Part shown: positions 51,482-58,064 of the stretch, in pieces
How the letters are laid out: each line of letters opens with the position of its first letter
Numbering within the stretch: the first letter of the stretch is position 1
Assembly: GCA_002403445.1 (NCBI GenBank)
Contig: DHHU01000072.1
Location: forward strand, 1 to 58,064
Length of the DNA stretch: 58,064 nucleotides
Reading direction: 5' to 3'
Origin: Salinisphaeraceae bacterium UBA4764
Lineage (GTDB): Bacteria > Pseudomonadota > Gammaproteobacteria > Nevskiales > Salinisphaeraceae
Position numbers and translations under genes: made by a program
The notes under the pieces: generated by a model
Database searches by the model: none
Told to the model about the DNA's origin: nothing
Seen by the model: only the letters and a program-made list of their open reading frames with translations

Positions 51482-53305
51482 CTATCCCGCCGGGTGGAAA
51501 TGATCGTAAATTCGAGAGGCCATGTTGCCACTGATGCCTTCGACACGCTTGAGCTCATTGACGCCCGCGCGCGCTACCTGACGTGGCCCCCCAAAACTTT
51601 GCAGCAGATTCTTCCGTCGCTTCGGGCCCAGTCCTTCAATATCTTCCAGTGTTGACGATTGGCGAGCTTTACCGCGCTGGGCCCGATGGCCAGCAATGGC
51701 GAACCGATGCGCTTCGTCACGCACTTGCTGGATCAAATGCAGTGCGGCCGAATCAGCCGGCAGTGAAATGGGCGATTGGTAACCGGGGCGCAGGAGTTGC
51801 TCTGCGCCCGGTTTGCGGCTCGGTCCCTTGGCTACCGCGACAACTGCAAGATCATGAATGTTCAGGTGATCGAGAACTTCCAGGGTCACCCTGAGTTGGC
51901 CGCGGCCGCCGTCGATCAATAATAGGTTCGGCATTCTCGCTTCACCCGCATTGACGCGCTCAAAGCGGCGCTCCAAGGCCTGACGCATGGCGGCATAATC
52001 ATCGCCCGGCTCGATGCCCTTGATGTTGAAACGCCGATAGGCCGATTTGTCTGGGGTTCCATTTTCAAACACCACACAAGAAGCTACTGTCCTTTCACCC
52101 TGGGTATGGCTGATGTCGAAACAGGCGATGTGCACCGGCGGCGCATCCAGTGACAACGCGTCGCGCAGTGCGTTCAATTGTTTTTCCACGCCGGCCCGAG
52201 TGGCGAGCTGTGCCGAGAGTGACTGAGCCGCGGTCTGGCACGTGTTGTCCAGCCAACGTCGTCGATCGCCGCGGACACGGTTTTTAATCAAGACGTTGCG
52301 TTCAGCTCGCTGGCTCAGGCTTTCCGCCAGAAGGTCGACGTCGGCCGGCATTGGGCTCACCAAGACTTCCGGTGGCGGCCGGCGGTCGAGGTAGTACTGG
52401 CTCAGGAAGGCAGCGACGACGGATTCCCGATCGGCCTCGGCCGGAACATGGGGAAAGAAACTACGGTGACCGAGATTATTGCCGCCCCGTACCGTCGTGA
52501 CTACGACTGCGGCTGTTTCGGCTTCAAGCGAAGTCGCGACAATATCGAAATCGCCTCGTCCGCCGACACTTTGGCTTTGTGCCTGCAGGCGCCGAACCGA
52601 AGCAATACGGCTGCGGAGTTCGGCTGCTGTTTCAAAATCCAGCCGGGCCGAGGCAGCTTCCATATCGGCGATCAGACGTTCGATCAATTGTTCATTGCGA
52701 CCAGATAATAATGCGACGGCATTGTCGACGTCACGCGCGTATTCGGATTTGCTTATATAGCCCACACACGGTGCCGAGCAGCGCTTGATCTGATATTGCA
52801 AACATGGCCGCGTCCGGTTTTCGAAATAGCTGTCGCGGCAATTTCGGAGTTTGAATAATCGGGTCAAGGTGTCTTGCGTCTGGCGCACCGATCCGGAACT
52901 CGGGAATGGACCGAAATATTGGCCTTTGCGTTTCTGTGCACCCCGGTGGTAGACCACGCGTGGGAATTCGTTATCCCCCGTGATAAGCAAATACGGATAG
53001 CTCTTGTCGTCATTGAGATAGACGTTGTAGCGCGGTCGATGGCGTTTGATTAGCGTTGATTCCAGCACCAGCGCTTCGTCTTCGGTATGGGTGATAGTCA
53101 CTTGGACGTCGGCCACGTGATCGAGCATGGCCTCGGTACGTGCGTGGCCCGACGCGCGCAGAAAGTAGCTCGAGACGCGTTTTTTCAGGTTCTTTGCCTT
53201 GCCGACATAAAGAACCTCTCCATGCTCATCGAACATGCGGTACACGCCCGGCCGGGTCGTCAATTGTTTGACGTAGGCCACCGGATCGAACTGCGCTTGG
53301 CTCAT
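51482..53305 (-). CDS. uvrC: Excinuclease ABC subunit C
   Basis: GIY-YIG N-terminus PGVYRMFDEHGEVLYVGKAKNLKKRVSSYF, a UVR domain, an endonuclease V-like domain, and a C-terminal (HhH)2. Confidence 0.95.
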   Translation of the reverse strand: MSQAQFDPVAYVKQLTTRPGVYRMFDEHGEVLYVGKAKNLKKRVSSYFLRASGHARTEAMLDHVADVQVTITHTEDEALVLESTLIKRHRPRYNVYLNDDKSYPYLLITGDNEFPRVVYHRGAQKRKGQYFGPFPSSGSVRQTQDTLTRLFKLRNCRDSYFENRTRPCLQYQIKRCSAPCVGYISKSEYARDVDNAVALLSGRNEQLIERLIADMEAASARLDFETAAELRSRIASVRRLQAQSQSVGGRGDFDIVATSLEAETAAVVVTTVRGGNNLGHRSFFPHVPAEADRESVVAAFLSQYYLDRRPPPEVLVSPMPADVDLLAESLSQRAERNVLIKNRVRGDRRRWLDNTCQTAAQSLSAQLATRAGVEKQLNALRDALSLDAPPVHIACFDISHTQGERTVASCVVFENGTPDKSAYRRFNIKGIEPGDDYAAMRQALERRFERVNAGEARMPNLLLIDGGRGQLRVTLEVLDHLNIHDLAVVAVAKGPSRKPGAEQLLRPGYQSPISLPADSAALHLIQQVRDEAHRFAIAGHRAQRGKARQSSTLEDIEGLGPKRRKNLLQSFGGPRQVARAGVNELKRVEGISGNMASRIYDHFHPAG

Positions 53306-53361
53306 AAAGTGATCATGGCGGCAATTTATCCAACAACAAGTGCCAATAGCGACTCGCGCTG

Positions 53362-53844
53362 CTAGTCGAACTCGGCCTGAGTGGGCGACACGACGGCTCC
53401 GTCGAGGTCAGCATAGAGCCAATCACCTGGATCGAAGACCACACCACCAAATACAAGCGGCACGTCCCGTTCACCGTCGGTCTTGGCATCGGCGGCGCGC
53501 GGATGGACGTTCAACGCCTTAACCACAATCTCAAGCTGTGACAACTGCTCAGCGTCTCGAACACAGCCGTACACCACAATGCCGGCCCAGTCATTGGCCA
53601 AAGCAGTCTCGGCCACGTCGGAACCAATCGCTGCGCAGCGTTCAGAGCCACCGGCATCAATCACTAACACCTGACCATCACCTGGTTCTTGAACTACAGT
53701 GGGCACCAGTGCGCCGTGCTCAAACGTTCGCAACGTCACCATCGGGCCGGCGCACTCGAGTACTGCACCGAAATCAGTGAATAGCGGCTCCACTACATGG
53801 GCCTCACGGCCAAGTTTGTCGCAGATGGTGCCGGTAATCGCCAT
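53362..53844 (-). CDS. rraA: RraA family protein (regulator of RNase E activity / HMG aldolase fold)
   Basis: Aligns by eye along its full length with E. coli RraA (ICD...VVEPLFTDFG...VLVIDAGGS...WAGIVVYGCVRD...FGGVVFDPGDWLYAD). Confidence 0.87.
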   Translation of the reverse strand: MAITGTICDKLGREAHVVEPLFTDFGAVLECAGPMVTLRTFEHGALVPTVVQEPGDGQVLVIDAGGSERCAAIGSDVAETALANDWAGIVVYGCVRDAEQLSQLEIVVKALNVHPRAADAKTDGERDVPLVFGGVVFDPGDWLYADLDGAVVSPTQAEFD

Positions 53845-53856
53845 AGCGCATTCCTT

Positions 53857-54384
53857 CTAACTCATGTTCCTATTGCCGGTAGCGGATCGACCACGCAACA
53901 TGGTCACAGTCGACGCTACAGCCAACACAGCAAAATAAATCGCACTCCAGGTCGGCAGCTTCAAGCCAAGAAAACTCCCTTTTACATTCGCACAGCTGGC
54001 ATCACCACGCAGAACCAGTACAACGACATCATGCAACGGCATCATGTGAATGAGCGTGCCGAGACTAGGGGCGCAGGCTGGAACGGCACTAGGTGTTAGC
54101 TGCATGATATAAACTTGACGTAGTGCAATCGCCACTCCAATAAGTGCCACCATTCCTGCCAAGCCGGCATAGATGCGCGCAGCCAATTGACTTGGACCGT
54201 GAATCAACGCAATCAGGCAGACCGTTCCGAAACTGGCTGCCACCATCCGCTGAAAAATACACAGCGGACAGGGTTCCAGCCCGGCAAAGTATTGAAGGCT
54301 ATAGGCTAGCCCCAATGCAGCTATCGCAGTTATGAGCCCACATGCAGCAATACGTCGGTTGCTTATCCGCCTAGATGGAAGCAT
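53857..54384 (-). CDS. dsbB: Disulfide bond formation protein B
   Basis: Four-TM protein with the first periplasmic-loop motif LEPCPLCIFQRM (CxxC) and a second Cys pair in loop 2. Confidence 0.85.
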   Translation of the reverse strand: MLPSRRISNRRIAACGLITAIAALGLAYSLQYFAGLEPCPLCIFQRMVAASFGTVCLIALIHGPSQLAARIYAGLAGMVALIGVAIALRQVYIMQLTPSAVPACAPSLGTLIHMMPLHDVVVLVLRGDASCANVKGSFLGLKLPTWSAIYFAVLAVASTVTMLRGRSATGNRNMS

Positions 54385-54493
54385 AAAGACAGACGTTAGA
54401 GTCTTGTACGTCTCAACGCAATATATGTTGCGTCATTATGTATTCGGATTATCGCAAGTAACTTAGTTTGTCTATTCATTTTAGAGGTCAGTC

Positions 54494-54955
54494 ATGAGCA
54501 GCCCCCCCTCGGACAACACGGAGTCGGAGATTCTGCGTTATCAACGTCGACTGGTAGATCTGGCGTTACAGCGCACGCGCCAATCGGCTGAACGCTGTTA
54601 CCAGAATGCCGAGCGTACCCTCTCAGTATGGATCCGTACTGCCCTCGGTTTGATGGTGTTCGGTATTGCCATCGACCGATTTGGTCTTGTTTTTCGAAAT
54701 ATGCCCAAATCCATCAACGGCGTGCAGACCTATCCAGAAGCGCTTTCCAAGACGGTTGCAGTGGCGCTGGTTGGGGGTGGCGTTCTGGTTGCAGTTGTCA
54801 GCGGCATTCGATTTTATGCTTACGCTCGCCTCTATTCCCGCGACTACCCTATACCTGCGCTACACCAACCCACGTTGACGAGCTTTTTCGCGATGATGGT
54901 TGCATGTTTTGGGTTGTTTCTATTTTCCATCATGCTGTTTTTTATTGGTTTATAG
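54494..54955 (+). CDS. DUF202 (YidH-like) inner-membrane protein
   Basis: Three predicted TM helices follow the motif ERTLSVWIRTALGLMVFGIAIDRF, characteristic of DUF202. Confidence 0.65.
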   Translation: MSSPPSDNTESEILRYQRRLVDLALQRTRQSAERCYQNAERTLSVWIRTALGLMVFGIAIDRFGLVFRNMPKSINGVQTYPEALSKTVAVALVGGGVLVAVVSGIRFYAYARLYSRDYPIPALHQPTLTSFFAMMVACFGLFLFSIMLFFIGL

Positions 54956-55154
54956 AATATTGTCCTGCAAACCGCACAGCGCATAGTGGGTGCCTGCGCC
55001 TCAGCCTGAACATTTTTAAGCATAAACGTAAGGTGTCAATTAAAATAATTATAGACCCACTAAGCACTTAGAAGTCATTGTTGCGGCAGTGACAATATGT
55101 GCTAGTTTTAATCTATATATGAGCACGCTTTGGCTGGTATAAATTGGTATAAGC

Positions 55155-56882
55155 ATGGCCATCGAGAGGAATGAACTTAAACAACCCTCGTTGGGAGGGC
55201 TGGGACAACGCCTCGTCAACGTTGGTGCACTTAAACCCGAATATGTCGCCGAGGCCCAACACCACGCCAGCCGTGCAGGCAAATCTCTGGTCTCGTACCT
55301 AGCTCACGAAAAAATCATCGACCCCTTGGTGCTGGCCGAAGCGGCTAGTGAAGAATTCGCCACACCGGTGCTTGACCTCAACACTTTCGACCTCGCTGGC
55401 TATGCGCCGCTGGATGAAGTTTCCGATTCACTAATCCGCAAGCTGCGCGCACTGCCGCTGTACCGTCGAGCCAAGACCCTCTACGTCGCCATCTGTGACC
55501 CCATGAACCAGCAGGTTCTTGACGAGTTCAAATTCAATACTGGTTACAAGGTCTTGCCGATAGTCGTCGAATACGACAAACTCGAACGCGTACTAGACAG
55601 CGAATCCAGCGCAATCGACAGCGCTGTTGAGGGGCTGTCGAAACTCTCCTCAAACAGTACTCAGCTCGAAGAGGAGGATGAAGACCTCGACGACATTGAC
55701 CACGATCAGGAAGACGGGCCGGTGGTGCAGTTCGTCCACAAAGTCTTGCGCGATGCAATCAAACGCGGTGCCTCCGATATACATTTCGAACCATATGAAA
55801 GAACCTACCGTGTTCGCGTACGTAAGGACGGCGTATTAAGAGAGCTGAACAAGAACCCACCGGCTGATATCGGCAACCGTCTGGGGGCTCGACTTAAAGT
55901 CATGGCACGTCTGGATCTCGCAGAGCGCCGCGTACCGCAGGACGGCCGACTCAAACTGAGATTGTCGCGCAATAGCGAAATCGACTTCCGTGTTTCAACC
56001 TGCCCTACTCTCCACGGTGAGAAAGTTGTACTGCGTATTCTCGATCCGGCCTCGGCCCGCATGGGAATCGAACAACTCGGCTACGAGGACGACCAGCGTC
56101 AACTTTTCGAAGAGACAATACACAGGCCATACGGCATGGTACTTGTCACTGGGCCTACCGGTAGCGGCAAGACCGTGTCCCTGTACACAGCACTGAACAT
56201 ACTCAACACCGAAGACCGCAATATCTCGACGGCAGAAGATCCGGCAGAAATCAACTTGGCCGGCATCAACCAAGTCAACGTACATCCAAGGGTTGGCTTG
56301 ACGTTTCCGGTTTGCCTTCGGGCTTTCCTGCGGCAGGATCCCGACGTAATAATGGTTGGTGAAATCCGGGATCTAGAAACAGCAGAAATTGCCGTCAAGG
56401 CAGCCCAGACCGGGCATATGGTGCTATCGACGCTCCATACCAACAATGCGCCACAAACACTTAGCCGTCTCGTTAACATGGGCGTCGCCGGCTACAACAT
56501 CGCCTCAACGGTATCGCTAATCATCGCTCAGCGCCTGGCCCGCAAATTGTGTCGACACTGCAAGCAGCCAGCTGATATACCTAAGTACGCATTGTTAGAA
56601 GAAGGGTTTTCAGAGGATGAACTGGATTCACTCAAGCTTTATGAAGCGAACCGCGATGGCTGTGACCACTGCTCAAATGGCTACAACGGGCGGATCGGCA
56701 TCTACGAAACATTGCCCTTATCAGAAGACATGGGCAGATTGATCATGGAAGGTGGCACCGGTCATGACCTCGAGAAAAAAGCCCGAGCCGAAGGCGTGTT
56801 GAGCCTGCACCAGGCCGGCTTGAAAAAAGTACGTGCTGGGGTTTTGGATCTAGCCGAGGTCAAACGCGTCACGATTGACTGA
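55155..56882 (+). CDS. pilB: Type IV pilus assembly (extension) ATPase PilB
   Basis: N-terminal GSPII/T2SSE_N domain, Walker A GPTGSGKT, Asp/His boxes, and a tetra-Cys motif CRHC...CDHC. The 575-aa length is similar to P. aeruginosa PilB. Confidence 0.9.
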   Translation: MAIERNELKQPSLGGLGQRLVNVGALKPEYVAEAQHHASRAGKSLVSYLAHEKIIDPLVLAEAASEEFATPVLDLNTFDLAGYAPLDEVSDSLIRKLRALPLYRRAKTLYVAICDPMNQQVLDEFKFNTGYKVLPIVVEYDKLERVLDSESSAIDSAVEGLSKLSSNSTQLEEEDEDLDDIDHDQEDGPVVQFVHKVLRDAIKRGASDIHFEPYERTYRVRVRKDGVLRELNKNPPADIGNRLGARLKVMARLDLAERRVPQDGRLKLRLSRNSEIDFRVSTCPTLHGEKVVLRILDPASARMGIEQLGYEDDQRQLFEETIHRPYGMVLVTGPTGSGKTVSLYTALNILNTEDRNISTAEDPAEINLAGINQVNVHPRVGLTFPVCLRAFLRQDPDVIMVGEIRDLETAEIAVKAAQTGHMVLSTLHTNNAPQTLSRLVNMGVAGYNIASTVSLIIAQRLARKLCRHCKQPADIPKYALLEEGFSEDELDSLKLYEANRDGCDHCSNGYNGRIGIYETLPLSEDMGRLIMEGGTGHDLEKKARAEGVLSLHQAGLKKVRAGVLDLAEVKRVTID

Positions 56883-56995
56883 TCCACTGAAGTCAGAACC
56901 AATCGAATGCTAATTCCACGAACGCTAATACAGAGACGCAACGCAGGCCGATTGCCAAACCTTAGGGTTGATCTAACAATCCAAAGAGCTTGATC

Positions 56996-57034
56996 GATAC
57001 CTGCAGCCATTCCGGCTGCAGGTATCAGTTTTTT
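56996..57034 (+). terminator. Rho-independent terminator after pilB (hairpin shared with convergent clpA 3' end)
   Basis: A perfect 13-bp stem GATACCTGCAGCC / GGCTGCAGGTATC with loop ATTCC, followed by AGTTTTTT. The T-tract overlaps the clpA stop codon (57033-57035). Confidence 0.78.
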
Positions 57035-58064
57035 AAGCCTGCTCAACAGGCTGGGATTCAGCGATATCCAAGGACAGCTCGTCGTTATCACTGACACTGA
57101 CAATCACGCGACCACCGTTCGCTAAGCGGCCAAACAAGAGTTCCTCGGCGAGCGGTTTCTTGATGTTGTCCTGAATTACGCGGTTCATGGGTCTGGCGCC
57201 CATCTTAGCGTCATAACCGTGACGCGCCAACCATTCACGCGCATCCTGCTGCACTTGCAATTCCACGCCACGGGTCTCGAGCTGGGTTTCAAGTTGCACC
57301 ACGAATTTATCCACCACTTGATTGATCACCTCACCCGACAATGGCGCGAACTCTATAATTGAATCCAACCGGTTGCGGAACTCCGGTGTAAAGTCACGTC
57401 GAATCGCTTCGAGGCTGTCACTAGCGTTATTGCTTGGATTGAAACCAATACCTCGGCGATCCATCTCTTCCGCGCCGGCGTTGGTGGTCATGACCAGCAC
57501 GACATTACGGAAATCGGCTTCACGCCCATTATTATCAGTCAATGTGCCGTGATCCATGACCTGCAACAAAAGATTGAAGATATCGGGATGCGCTTTTTCG
57601 ATTTCGTCAAGCAACACAACCGAATGCGGCTGTTTGTTGACAGCTTCGGTCAATAGTCCACCTTGGTCATAGCCGACGTAGCCCGGCGGCGCGCCAATCA
57701 AGCGCGAGACGGTGTGACGCTCCATATATTCCGACATATCGAAACGGATCAGTTCTACACCCAAGTGCAACGCCAGTTGACGGGTGACCTCGGTCTTGCC
57801 AACACCAGTCGGGCCAGCAAACAGGAACGAACCGATTGGCCGATCCTGACTATCCAGACCTGAACGCGACATCTTGATAGCGCTGGCTAGCGACGACACG
57901 GCTTCGTCCTGACCGTAAATAACCAATTTAAGATCCCGCTCGAGTGTGCGCAACGTGTCACGATCATCTCGCGTAATGGTGCGCGTTGGTATCCGAGCAA
58001 TTCGTGAAACCATATCCTCGATGTCGCGGACTTGCACGGTCTTGCGTCGTTTGCCAGACGGCCT
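57033..58064 (-). CDS. clpA: ATP-dependent Clp protease ATP-binding subunit ClpA (C-terminal D2 part; 5' end outside the window)
   Basis: Near-colinear with the E. coli ClpA D2 domain: VSRIARIP...GSFLFAGPTGVGKTEVTRQLA...LIRFDMSEYMERHTVSRLIGAPPGYVGYDQGG...GARPMNRVIQDNIKKPLAEELLFG. The frame stays open to the window edge. Confidence 0.92.
   Translation of the reverse strand, partial: RPSGKRRKTVQVRDIEDMVSRIARIPTRTITRDDRDTLRTLERDLKLVIYGQDEAVSSLASAIKMSRSGLDSQDRPIGSFLFAGPTGVGKTEVTRQLALHLGVELIRFDMSEYMERHTVSRLIGAPPGYVGYDQGGLLTEAVNKQPHSVVLLDEIEKAHPDIFNLLLQVMDHGTLTDNNGREADFRNVVLVMTTNAGAEEMDRRGIGFNPSNNASDSLEAIRRDFTPEFRNRLDSIIEFAPLSGEVINQVVDKFVVQLETQLETRGVELQVQQDAREWLARHGYDAKMGARPMNRVIQDNIKKPLAEELLFGRLANGGRVIVSVSDNDELSLDIAESQPVEQA

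Noticed and set aside
55080-55154. Possible sigma-54 promoter (TGGCTGGTATAAATTGG) upstream of pilB.
   Set aside because: The GG/GC spacing does not fit TGGCAC-N5-TTGC, and the -12 GC element is missing.

Overview
This 58-kb chromosomal window looks moderately GC-rich (judged by eye, not computed). Its gene content and synteny are typical of a gammaproteobacterium. I can support about 48 protein-coding genes, three tRNAs (Gly-GCC, Cys-GCA and Leu-UAA, downstream of pgsA), one SRP/4.5S RNA next to dnaX, one clear pseudogene (arsB-like), a second possible gene remnant, and two convincing intrinsic terminators. Most of the window is core housekeeping in familiar synteny blocks: recR-ybaB-dnaX-ffs; mutL-miaA-hfq-hflX-hflK-hflC-yjeT-hisZ-purA; sucA-sucB-lpdA; and uvrC-pgsA-tRNAs. 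It also holds a photolyase pair, an otsA / otsB-GH15 trehalose locus, a fur-family regulator with katG, a KefB/C-type antiporter, ndh, pilB, and clpA (cut by the window end). The only multi-gene accessory system I can support is a LysR regulator divergent from a translationally coupled pair: a NuoL/Mrp-like membrane subunit and a DUF2309 protein. This matches the DabB/DabA (DAB) inorganic-carbon pump. As far as I recall that family has been described (about 2017-2019), so it is not formally new, but it is the most interesting locus here. I saw no CRISPR array, intact mobile element or defence-island signature. Secondary observations are two eroded regions (10.6-12.5 kb and 19.6-20.5 kb), a divergent DUF190/unknown gene pair, head-to-head otsA/otsB start codons, and a Lys-rich insertion of about 50 aa in HflK. 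All family calls come from motif recognition by eye. No database search was run.
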